The notes beneath the pieces were generated by a model, which was not told where the DNA came from, did no database searches, and was given only the letters and a program-made list of their open reading frames with translations. From Candidatus Staskawiczbacteria bacterium (GTDB lineage: Bacteria; Patescibacteriota; Minisyncoccia; Minisyncoccales; Staskawiczbacteraceae), in assembly GCA_903845295.1 (NCBI GenBank), contig CAIMWV010000027.1, forward strand, positions 8,819-72,818: a stretch of 64,000 nt of DNA, read 5' to 3'. Positions 7,274-15,977 of the stretch are shown here, in pieces. The position numbers and the translations under genes are program-made. How positions within the stretch are numbered: the stretch's first letter is position 1; each line of letters starts with the position of its first letter.

Positions 7274-8932
7274 ATGGGAAAAGCGGAAAAGACAGCCGAA
7301 TTAAGGACACTGGTGTTGGAAAATCCAGGCAAAATTCCTGTCAATATGGCTTTACCGGGCAATCCCCGGTACCAGCCCAAGTCACTCGTTGACTACTTCG
7401 GGTACGACAAGCTTTACCTTGGGCCGATACATGTCATCCTAGCAACGCTCAGGGTTCTGGGCAGGATTGCGGCGATACCGGCCCAGGACGCGGATTTGCT
7501 GGATGGCGCCTTGACCGCCAAGCTTCTCACGATCCGGACCGGCTTGGTTGACCAAGTCGAGCGAGGGCTGACCAACCATGATATCCGCGCGCTGGTGCTG
7601 ATAATGCAGTGGATGTCTCCGATGCAGATCGGGCGGTGGTGGCACAAGCCGAACACGAGCTACGATGATTTGGAATCCGGACGTGCCGTCCATTTCATCC
7701 AGGCGCATGAGAAGGTGGTGAGGAAACAGACCAACAAGGTCATCGAACATTTGGTCAAACTGGCCTACGATAACGCTGATGTCCGCTGCATTCTCAGGAC
7801 TCATCTGCAGGATGCACTGCCAGGCACCATGGGGTTTTGGTTCTCATGCATACTGGGCCAACTGCTTGAGAGCATTTCCGCCGCCAATGCTTCGGCAGGC
7901 GCTATCGTCGCTAAAATTTCCGGCGCAACCGGGAATAAGAATGCCCAGATCCATTTGGGCATCGAAGCTCGTTGCCAGGCAAAGCTCAAAATGAGCTTTG
8001 AAGAAGCTGTTCTGCAAGAACTCGGACAAAGTGCCGGGCTTAGCCGTCCGCTCAGGCCGGCGCTGGTCAGCAAGCAGATTCTTTTGCCCGGACCGCTTGA
8101 AAGATATCTTTCTGATATTGTCGCGTGTTCCGCGGCCTTGGCCCAGTTGGGCGACGACGGCAGGATACTCATGAGCAGCCGGATCGGAGAGTTCAGGGAA
8201 CCATTTGATCCGGGCCAGGCCGGCTCTTCGACAATGCTCAAAGTGAATCCATTCAGGCTGGAAAATCTTGTGGCAATGTGGAGGAAGAACGTCGGGGAGC
8301 TTGTGAAGGTGCAGATCAATGCCTTAAGTAACCTTCAGCGCGATCTGACAGGTAGCGCTGTCACCCGCGATTATCCCGCAATAGTGGTCAACCTCGCGGA
8401 ACAACTGCAGACGCTACTGCGCGCCAAAGATGACAAACCGCCCTTCATTGCCCGGCTGACGGTTGACAAAGACAGCTGCATGCGCAATCTGCTGGAGGCG
8501 GGCGATACTATATTGGCTGAGCCCCTTCAGATCGCCATCGAGATGGCAGGATATCCTCTTGACGGCTATGAACTGGTGAACCAGAAGGCGCGGTATATGA
8601 CCACAAAGGGAATCTCCCTTGGCGAAGCTGTGTGCCGTTTACTGGACGCAACTGCAAGACGCGATGGAGAGGAGGCTGCCATAGCCTTGCTAGAATCCGG
8701 CAAATTGAAGGACATGGCAATGCCTCTAGTCAAAAGGCCTGTTACGCTTGTGGAAGCCACGCAGAAGCTTTTGGTAGAGGAAGACCAATCCGCAGTTTGG
8801 GAAGCCATTCCGGCAGAGACGCGAGAGATGTTCAGACACCCGGAGAACTACATCGGCGACGCGCCGGCACAAGCAAGAAAAGTGGCAAAGCGGGCTGAGC
8901 AGTATCTCGCCGCAGAACCTGCGAGTAAGTAA
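7274..8932 (+). CDS. purB: adenylosuccinate lyase-like (fumarate lyase superfamily), long form (GC-rich)
   Basis: TNHDIRALV, RTHLQDALPGTMGF, GATGN and GSSTMLKVNPFRLEN resemble PurB/lyase-1 signatures. 552 aa is about 100 aa longer than typical PurB. Confidence 0.7.
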   Translation: MGKAEKTAELRTLVLENPGKIPVNMALPGNPRYQPKSLVDYFGYDKLYLGPIHVILATLRVLGRIAAIPAQDADLLDGALTAKLLTIRTGLVDQVERGLTNHDIRALVLIMQWMSPMQIGRWWHKPNTSYDDLESGRAVHFIQAHEKVVRKQTNKVIEHLVKLAYDNADVRCILRTHLQDALPGTMGFWFSCILGQLLESISAANASAGAIVAKISGATGNKNAQIHLGIEARCQAKLKMSFEEAVLQELGQSAGLSRPLRPALVSKQILLPGPLERYLSDIVACSAALAQLGDDGRILMSSRIGEFREPFDPGQAGSSTMLKVNPFRLENLVAMWRKNVGELVKVQINALSNLQRDLTGSAVTRDYPAIVVNLAEQLQTLLRAKDDKPPFIARLTVDKDSCMRNLLEAGDTILAEPLQIAIEMAGYPLDGYELVNQKARYMTTKGISLGEAVCRLLDATARRDGEEAAIALLESGKLKDMAMPLVKRPVTLVEATQKLLVEEDQSAVWEAIPAETREMFRHPENYIGDAPAQARKVAKRAEQYLAAEPASK

Positions 8933-8955
8933 TAACGAACTTCGTGTTCGTAATG

Positions 8956-8986
8956 GGCTCCAAGAAGCAAGGAGCCTCTTTTTTTT
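8956..8986 (+). terminator. intrinsic terminator
   Basis: ggctcc-N9-ggagcc stem followed by a T-run. Confidence 0.6.
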
Positions 8987-9006
8987 GCTATAAATTTACG
9001 TGGAAA

Positions 9007-9035
9007 TTGCTGGCTTAATATTTTTTTGCTATAAT
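9007..9035 (+). promoter_or_regulatory. sigma70-like promoter, leaderless geometry
   Basis: TTGCTG-17 nt-TATAAT; the -10 ends 7 nt before ATG 9043. Confidence 0.55.
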
Positions 9036-9042
9036 TAAAAGT

Positions 9043-9756
9043 ATGACAAGCAAGCCCATACAACTTTCGCCGAATTCTTTAAATTTATTTTTGGAATGTC
9101 CGCATTGTTTTTGGCTGGATAAAAATTTAGGAATTAAAAGGCCTCCTCCGTATCCTTATGCCTTGAATTCGGCAGTTGACGGATTATTGAAAGAAGAGTT
9201 TGACACATACAGAGCAAAAAATTTACCTCATCCGTTGCTTAAGGAAAACAATATTGATGCGCATTTGTTTGGAAACCAAAAATTATTAAACCAGTGGAGA
9301 AATAATTTTGCAGGCATAAGATATTTTGACCAGAATTTGCAAGCAACTTTATTCGGCGCAGTTGATGATGTTTTAGAATTCGACCCTTCGCCCGGTGACT
9401 CAGGGCAGGTGAAAAAAATCGCTCCCTTGGATTATAAATCAACCGGCAGTTCTGCGGCAAATGTCTACGACAGATTCCAACTGCAATTGGACACATATAC
9501 ATTTTTAATGGAGAAAAACGGATTTTCAACTCCGAGAAAGGGTTATCTGGCTTTTTATATCGTTGACAAAAGCAGGGGATTCATTGACCGCCTGCCGTTC
9601 AGAAAGGAAGTTATAGAAATAGAAACAAATCCGTCGGATATTTATGAAATTTTCAAAGACGCGGTGGGATGCCTAAAAAATCCGGCTCCGCCTCAGCACA
9701 GCTCCGATTGCCAATTCAAGAAATGGCTGGACGGAGCAAGACCGTTCAGTAATTAA
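9043..9756 (+). CDS. PD-(D/E)XK nuclease, Cas4/RecB-like
   Basis: N-terminal CPHC, GAVDDV...LDYKS (D..D/ExK), QLQLDTY (QxxxY), C-terminal Cys. Confidence 0.65.
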   Translation: MTSKPIQLSPNSLNLFLECPHCFWLDKNLGIKRPPPYPYALNSAVDGLLKEEFDTYRAKNLPHPLLKENNIDAHLFGNQKLLNQWRNNFAGIRYFDQNLQATLFGAVDDVLEFDPSPGDSGQVKKIAPLDYKSTGSSAANVYDRFQLQLDTYTFLMEKNGFSTPRKGYLAFYIVDKSRGFIDRLPFRKEVIEIETNPSDIYEIFKDAVGCLKNPAPPQHSSDCQFKKWLDGARPFSN

Positions 9757-9781
9757 TAAAATTAAAATATAAAATTATACA

Positions 9782-11317
9782 ATGAAAATGCCCAAGTTTT
9801 TAAAAAGAAAAGGAAATATCTGGATTATCGCAATTATAGTAATTTTAATTATCGCCGGGTATTTTATTTTTGGCAGGAAAAATAACGCGAGCTCCATCCA
9901 GACAGGCTTTGCCACAAAACAGAATTTGCAGGAAACCGTGCTTTCCACGGGGCAAGTGATATCCGAAACAGATATCAGTTTGAGTTTTCAGGGCAGTGGC
10001 GTTGTTGATAAAATTTCAGTGAAAGAGGGCGATAAAGTAGAACAAGGGCAGATCTTAGCTTCGCTTGATGAGTCTGGCGCGCTTGCCACTTTGACTTCAG
10101 CTCAGGGGGCTTTAGCCCAAGCCGAGGCAAATTATGAAAAACTTTTGGCAGGAGCCACTCCACAAAGCATAAAAACGGTTCAGGACTCCGTAAATTCATC
10201 CAGGCAGAATTTGATCAATGTGTATAATGGAGCATTAAATACTTTAAATAATGCCCATGCAACAATTTATAATGCTTATACAGTCGTGAAAACTTTGCAA
10301 GATAATTATTTTTTAATACAAAATCCGCAAGGTATTCAGGTTTCTAATGCCAAGAACGATATTAACAGCAATATGCAAACTGTGCAGAATGATTTAAACA
10401 TAGCTGAAACAAGCATGGCTCCGGCAGATATAGATACAGCAGTGACGCAGACTATTTTATCTCTCAATGATGCTTATGACGATATAAATATTATCAGAGC
10501 TCAGTGCGACCAGGAAATATATTATTATATAGTTACCGCCGCAGATAAGACATCTATAGATACTCAAAAAACATCTGTTAACACCGCCTTGACCGGCGTT
10601 ACTGCATTACAGCAAAATATTGCTTCTTTGAAATTAGCTTTGCAAACAGCAGAAGACCAATTAAGCGTTGCAACCGCTCCGCCGACGCAGGCAGACATTA
10701 ATTTGGCCAAGGCCCAAATACTTTCAGCTCAGGGGCAGGTTGATTCAGCTCAGACAGTCTTAAATAATTTGATTATAACTGCTCCTGAGCCGGGAACGAT
10801 TACGCAGGTGGATATCAAAGTCGGTGAACAAGCCACGCCGTCAAAGGAGGTTATGGTTTTGCAGGATATTAATAATCTGCACGCAGAAGCCGATGTGAGC
10901 GAGGCCAATGTTGCGTCTTTGCAAGTGGGCCAGTCCGTTGATTACACCTTTGATGCTTTGGGGCCGGACCAGCACTTTGCAGGAAAAGTTTTAACAATTA
11001 ACCCGGCGTCGATTGTAATTTCCGGCGTTGTAGACTATTTGGTCAAGGGGAGTTTAGATAATATTCCAGGCATTAAGCCCGGCATGACTGCAAATATGAC
11101 GATTTTAGTCGCTCAAAAAGATAACGCTCTGGCTGTACCGTCTACGGCCATAATAAATAATAACAGCAAGCAATATGTAAGAGTTATTGATGATCCAAAA
11201 ACTCTGGCGTACCACCAGGTTGAGGTCCAGACAGGATTGCAGGCGGATGGGGGATTAGTAGAAATTATTTCGGGACTCAGCGAAGGCCAGGAAATTGTAA
11301 CCTATGTAAAACCATAA
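9782..11317 (+). CDS. efflux transporter periplasmic adaptor (HlyD/MacA family)
   Basis: N-terminal TM, long coiled-coil, barrel-sandwich blocks (ITAPEPGTITQVDIKVGE); precedes the ABC ATPase and two FtsX-type permeases. Confidence 0.8.
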   Translation: MKMPKFLKRKGNIWIIAIIVILIIAGYFIFGRKNNASSIQTGFATKQNLQETVLSTGQVISETDISLSFQGSGVVDKISVKEGDKVEQGQILASLDESGALATLTSAQGALAQAEANYEKLLAGATPQSIKTVQDSVNSSRQNLINVYNGALNTLNNAHATIYNAYTVVKTLQDNYFLIQNPQGIQVSNAKNDINSNMQTVQNDLNIAETSMAPADIDTAVTQTILSLNDAYDDINIIRAQCDQEIYYYIVTAADKTSIDTQKTSVNTALTGVTALQQNIASLKLALQTAEDQLSVATAPPTQADINLAKAQILSAQGQVDSAQTVLNNLIITAPEPGTITQVDIKVGEQATPSKEVMVLQDINNLHAEADVSEANVASLQVGQSVDYTFDALGPDQHFAGKVLTINPASIVISGVVDYLVKGSLDNIPGIKPGMTANMTILVAQKDNALAVPSTAIINNNSKQYVRVIDDPKTLAYHQVEVQTGLQADGGLVEIISGLSEGQEIVTYVKP

Positions 11318-11403
11318 TGAACTTAATTGAAGTTGAGAATTTGCAGCCTTTTATGTATTTTTTAAATGAAGGGTGCGAGCACGGACAAGCTATTAATTTT
11401 TAA
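11317..11403 (+). pseudogene. ghost 5' end of the ABC ATPase gene (MNLIEVENLQ...)
   Basis: ATG overlaps the adaptor stop (TAATG). The first 9 codons are homologous to the real start at 11424 (MPLIEVENLK), mostly synonymous differences, then run into inserted DNA. Confidence 0.6.
11344..11380 (+). repeat. CAGCCTTTTAT..ATGAAGGGTGCGAGC element, copy 1
   Basis: Near-identical to 42333-42369; box AAGGGTGCGAG also at 23261-23275 (minus). Confidence 0.7.
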
Positions 11404-11423
11404 ATTTTTACATTCCAAAAATT

Positions 11424-12140
11424 ATGCCTCTTATAGAAGTCGAGAACCTTAAAAAGGATTATATTAATGACGAGGTTGTTACGCGTGTTTTGCATGACAT
11501 AAGCTTTAAGATAAACGAAGGGGAATTTGTGGCGATTATGGGGCCATCGGGGTCTGGCAAGTCCACCTTAATGCATATTTTAAGCTTTTTAGACCGGCCC
11601 ACTTCCGGCTTATATAAATTTGAAGGAAAGGATACAAAAAGTTTTAATGATGAATATCTTGCAAAATTAAGGAATGAACGAGTCGGATTTGTCTTTCAAT
11701 CTTTTAATTTATTGGCGCGCACAACCGTCTTAGACAATGTAAGGCTGCCTTTAATTTACAGCAAATTAAAGAATTATGATAAGCTGGCTGAAAAAGCATT
11801 GGCATCTGTCGGGCTTTCCCACAGATTGGAATATTTTACAAACCAGATTTCCGGCGGAGAAAAACAAAGAGTGGCGATTGCAAGAGCTTTGGTCAATAAT
11901 CCGGCTGTAATTTTTGCCGATGAGCCAACAGGAAATTTGGATTCCAAATCGGGCAACACAGTGATGTTTATTTTACAGAAATTAAATCACCAAGGCCACA
12001 CAATTATATTGGTTACTCATGAAACCGATACAGCAAATCACGCTAAAAGAATTATCCGCATTAAAGATGGCGAAATTATTTCCGACGAAAAAGTGGAAAA
12101 GAGAACTATAGCCACAGAAGATAAAGACTTGGTTAAATAA
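11424..12140 (+). CDS. ABC transporter ATP-binding protein (MacB/LolD type)
   Basis: Walker A GPSGSGKST, signature LSGGEKQR, Walker B IIFADEPT. Confidence 0.9.
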   Translation: MPLIEVENLKKDYINDEVVTRVLHDISFKINEGEFVAIMGPSGSGKSTLMHILSFLDRPTSGLYKFEGKDTKSFNDEYLAKLRNERVGFVFQSFNLLARTTVLDNVRLPLIYSKLKNYDKLAEKALASVGLSHRLEYFTNQISGGEKQRVAIARALVNNPAVIFADEPTGNLDSKSGNTVMFILQKLNHQGHTIILVTHETDTANHAKRIIRIKDGEIISDEKVEKRTIATEDKDLVK

Positions 12141-12149
12141 AAGTGTAGT

Positions 12150-13421
12150 ATGGATTTTTTAGGAACTATAAAGCTTGTTTTCAGGACTCTGCTTGCCAGA
12201 AAAGGCAGGTCGTTTTTGACTATTTTGGGAATTGTTATCGGGGTTGGCGGAGTTATTATTATAATTTCTTTGGGAGCCGGCGCGCAGAGCTTGATTTTAG
12301 GGCAGGTTACAAAACTTGGTTCTAATTTATTAAGCGTTGCGCCCGGTAAAAGTAATGAGAAAGGTCCGCCGTCACAAGTTTTTGGAATTACTGTTACAAC
12401 TTTGGCGAACAGCGATGCAGATTCTTTAAGAAGTAAAACGCAGGTTCCTCACGCTTCGGCCGTCTGCGCAATGGTCAGAGGCTCGATTACGGCCACGTGG
12501 CAGAATAAAAATGTAGATACTAATTTTACCGGCACGGAAAGCAGTTATTCAGATGTGGTAAGCTTTACAATGCAGGAGGGTCAATTTTTTAACCAGCAAG
12601 AAGAAAAGGGGAATGCTAATGTTGCGGTTTTAGGTTCTACTACGGCTGATGAATTATTTGGTGGAACCGGGGTCAGTCCGATTGGGCAAGTTATTAAGGT
12701 AAAAAGTTCTCTGCAAACACAGGCCGGCGGAATTCCTTTGAGAGTAATCGGCGTTATTGCACCTAGGGGCAGTTCATTCTTCCAAGATAACGACGACCAG
12801 GTTTTTATTCCTTTGACTATTGGCCAAGAGCAGCTTCTAGGCATACATTATTTGCAGGCAATAAACATAAAAGTTGATTCGTCAGGAAATATACAGCAGA
12901 CAATCGATGATGTTACTAGAGTTTTAAATCAAAACCACCGCATACAACGCGCTGTAGACGCGGACTTCACTGTTTACAATATTGCTGATGCAATAAGTGT
13001 TTTAAGCACCATTACAAACGCCCTCAGGCTATTTTTGACTGCAATGGCTGCAATTTCTTTGATTGTCGGCGGAATTGGAATTTTAAATATTATGTTGGCC
13101 ACCGTGGCCGAAAGAACAAGGGAAATTGGTTTGAGAAAAGCAGTTGGTGCAACAAACTCGGCAATCGCCAGGCAATTTTTACTGGAAGCAGGGGCCTTAA
13201 CTTTCCTGGGGGGAATTATAGGAATTATTATTGGCGTAATAATTTCTTATCTTATAACATTGCTGATGCATTATTTGGGATATGACTGGGCTTTTGTGGT
13301 TTCCATAACCTCGGTTTTACTAGCAGTTGGAGTTTCAATTTTAACCGGTGTGATTTTTGGTTTGTATCCGGCGTTGAAAGCATCAAAACTAAATCCAATA
13401 GACGCATTAAGGTATGAATAA
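12150..13421 (+). CDS. ABC transporter permease (MacB/FtsX family)
   Basis: N-terminal TM, periplasmic domain, C-terminal FtsX-type 3-TM block (REIGLRKAVGAT). Confidence 0.85.
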   Translation: MDFLGTIKLVFRTLLARKGRSFLTILGIVIGVGGVIIIISLGAGAQSLILGQVTKLGSNLLSVAPGKSNEKGPPSQVFGITVTTLANSDADSLRSKTQVPHASAVCAMVRGSITATWQNKNVDTNFTGTESSYSDVVSFTMQEGQFFNQQEEKGNANVAVLGSTTADELFGGTGVSPIGQVIKVKSSLQTQAGGIPLRVIGVIAPRGSSFFQDNDDQVFIPLTIGQEQLLGIHYLQAINIKVDSSGNIQQTIDDVTRVLNQNHRIQRAVDADFTVYNIADAISVLSTITNALRLFLTAMAAISLIVGGIGILNIMLATVAERTREIGLRKAVGATNSAIARQFLLEAGALTFLGGIIGIIIGVIISYLITLLMHYLGYDWAFVVSITSVLLAVGVSILTGVIFGLYPALKASKLNPIDALRYE

Positions 13422-14658
13422 CAGAAAAGCATTCAGGCAATCTATAAAAGCATTATCTGCGAACCCTGTCCGCACGGTTTTGACTACCTTGGGAATTGTG
13501 ATCGGCATTGCCACAGTCATAATGGTCTTATCAGCCGGAGCCGGCTTTAGAAGTTTGATAAATAATGAAATCCAATCTCTCGGAAGCGACACTTTATTTA
13601 TTAAAACAAGAGTCCCGCCAACAACGAAAAATCGCGCCCAGACATTAAGCCCCGGAATTGCCATTGGGATCACAAGCTTTAAACAGCGCGACTTAGACGA
13701 TATTAAAAAGTTGAACAACGTTGTTAATGATTATGGCATGGTTACCGGCATGGCGGTGGCGAGTTATAGAAATAATCAAAAGAGCGCGCTTTATTTTGGG
13801 TCTTCGTCAGAAAGATTTATTATAGACCGGCACACACTAAAAGAGGGTAGATTTTATACAAAGGCGGAAGACTCGGGAGCCGCACAGGTGGTTATTTTGG
13901 GAAGCAATATAGCAGATGATTTATTTGTTCAAGATGATCCATTGGGGAAATTACTGCGCGTCGGAAATCTAAATTTCCAGGTTATAGGAGTTTATAATTC
14001 TCAGGGTTCTGTCGGAGGCGATGGAGCAGACGACAGTATTTATATGCCATTAGCAACCGCGCAAAAAAAAATGTTAGGCGTTGATTATATAACCGTGGCG
14101 GTAGTTCAGTTAAAAAACACGAATTTGAGTGACGCCACAGCCGCGCTTATCAGGACAACTTTGAGGCATAATCACAATATAACAAATCCTGACAAAGATG
14201 ATTTTATTGTAATGACTCAGGCGCAGGTTCTTGATATTTATAATACAATCTTTAACGGAATAACTATTTTGCTTATCTGCATTGCCTCTATTTCTTTGGT
14301 TGTCGGCGGAGTCGGAATTATGAATATTATGTATGTGGTTGTTACCGAGAGAACAGCTGAAATAGGATTAAAAAAAGCGCTGGGGGCAACCAACTCAGAC
14401 ATCCTGAAAGAATTTTTAATAGAATCTATTTTAGTCACGGTTTTAGGCGGAATCATAGGCATTTTATTCGGCTCTATTTTAAGCTGGCTGGTTTCTATTA
14501 TTGCAAATTCTAATGGACTGATGTGGATATTTACAGTGCCGCTATATGCAGTAGTTATCGCCGTTGGAGTTTCTGGCACCATTGGAATGGCTTTCGGGGT
14601 TTTGCCGGCAAGGTCGGCCGCAAAATTAGATCCAATAGAGGCCTTGCGGTATGAATAA
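13414..14658 (+). CDS. ABC transporter permease (MacB/FtsX family), paralog
   Basis: Same architecture (AEIGLKKALGAT); 8-nt overlap with the upstream permease. Confidence 0.85.
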   Translation: MNNRKAFRQSIKALSANPVRTVLTTLGIVIGIATVIMVLSAGAGFRSLINNEIQSLGSDTLFIKTRVPPTTKNRAQTLSPGIAIGITSFKQRDLDDIKKLNNVVNDYGMVTGMAVASYRNNQKSALYFGSSSERFIIDRHTLKEGRFYTKAEDSGAAQVVILGSNIADDLFVQDDPLGKLLRVGNLNFQVIGVYNSQGSVGGDGADDSIYMPLATAQKKMLGVDYITVAVVQLKNTNLSDATAALIRTTLRHNHNITNPDKDDFIVMTQAQVLDIYNTIFNGITILLICIASISLVVGGVGIMNIMYVVVTERTAEIGLKKALGATNSDILKEFLIESILVTVLGGIIGILFGSILSWLVSIIANSNGLMWIFTVPLYAVVIAVGVSGTIGMAFGVLPARSAAKLDPIEALRYE

Positions 14659-14740
14659 CAAATTTGAAAATTTAAAAGGCATTGCAAAACAAACAATAGA
14701 GAGTTAAAATTAACACAATAAATTAACCTTTAAAAAAAAC

Positions 14741-15388
14741 ATGAATACCAATAAATCTTCGGGCCTGCCTGCGCAGGCAGGCCAGGCATCAAGATTGCTT
14801 TTAGTTTTAGCAATCGTAGTTTTAGTCGCCGCGATTATAGTTTATTTAGTTATGAGGATGGCAACGCCAGCACCAAAACCTGTTGCGCCCACAACACCTA
14901 CAATACAATTGCCAATTTATGAGCAGGTTTTGGGAAATATTAGATTTGTTTTTGAATCTGCAATAGACAGAGGAAGTGTTTTGACGGCGTCTAGCACTAT
15001 AAATAGCCAATACACTTCTTCTAATCAGAAAGACCTGACCGTAAGCAACCCGGGAGCAAAATTTATCCAGGTTACAATCGGGGCGCAAAATATTGGCACG
15101 GAAAACACGGAGCAAAACGCATGGACCATAGGAAATATTGTTGATTCGCGAGGAAGAAATTTTGTCCCTCTTGAGACATATACAGTTGCTCCATGGATTC
15201 CTAATCCTGATTTGTGCGGCGCGCTGCTGAAGCCGGCATTCGATCCGAGTCCGTGCACGAAAGTATACGAAGTTTCAAAAGAATCGACGGGACTAAAGGT
15301 AGTGGTTAAAACCGGAATAAATAATACTGCCAATAATCTTTCTTCTGGAAAAACTAATCAATTTTTGATTGATTTAATAGTCAAATAA
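14741..15388 (+). CDS. membrane-anchored secreted protein (DUF4352-like)
   Basis: N-terminal TM LLLVLAIVVLVAAIIVYLV followed by a beta-rich domain. Confidence 0.45.
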   Translation: MNTNKSSGLPAQAGQASRLLLVLAIVVLVAAIIVYLVMRMATPAPKPVAPTTPTIQLPIYEQVLGNIRFVFESAIDRGSVLTASSTINSQYTSSNQKDLTVSNPGAKFIQVTIGAQNIGTENTEQNAWTIGNIVDSRGRNFVPLETYTVAPWIPNPDLCGALLKPAFDPSPCTKVYEVSKESTGLKVVVKTGINNTANNLSSGKTNQFLIDLIVK

Positions 15389-15404
15389 GCGAGCTGCAAC
15401 GAGC

Positions 15405-15509
15405 TTATCCCGCCCTCTAATCAGTCATGAAATTGCAGAGGGGAAAAAGGATATTTATTAAAGAAAGTAAGCAAAAATAATTTTAAAATGAGCATAGAGG
15501 GCGGGGTAA
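15405..15509. repeat. 105-bp inverted-repeat element (arms TTATCCCGCCCTCTA / TAGAGGGCGGGGTAA)
   Basis: 15-nt arms with 1 mismatch and an AT-rich interior; same length class as 2547-2650. Confidence 0.55.
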
Positions 15510-15542
15510 TAATTACTCGCTTCTATCGCCCGCGATTATCAA

Positions 15543-15935
15543 ATGGCAGACAACAAAGATAAACAAGAAGAAATCAAAGTGCCGGAAAAAAAAATTCCGG
15601 CGGGCGAGCAGGCAGTACATTTTGGACGCGAAGCAGAAAAATCTATAGAAAAAAAAGAAATTTCACAAGATGAAAAAATTGTTTCAGAAGAGTTGAAAAG
15701 AGAAATAGAGTTGATGGAAGTTGACGATAATATGAAAAAACAGGCGGAACAAAAAGCAAATAAAATCCAGTTTCTGGCAGACGACGATAAATTAAAAAAA
15801 CTTTTGGAAATTGCCAGGGAAAAGGGCGTCCTTTTTGCAATAAAGGTTGCTAAATCAATGAATGACCCTTTTATTTTAGACACATTGCACGATGCCTTAG
15901 CAAGAGAAGGATACTATCAAAAATTTATAAAATAG
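15543..15935 (+). CDS. hypothetical K/E-rich coiled-coil protein
   Basis: 130-aa track ORF co-oriented with neighbours; the competing antisense ORF 15539..15883 is less plausible. Confidence 0.4.
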   Translation: MADNKDKQEEIKVPEKKIPAGEQAVHFGREAEKSIEKKEISQDEKIVSEELKREIELMEVDDNMKKQAEQKANKIQFLADDDKLKKLLEIAREKGVLFAIKVAKSMNDPFILDTLHDALAREGYYQKFIK

Positions 15936-15977
15936 ATTAATATCAGCCGAAGGTTGTTTTTTTGAATTTATAATTTT

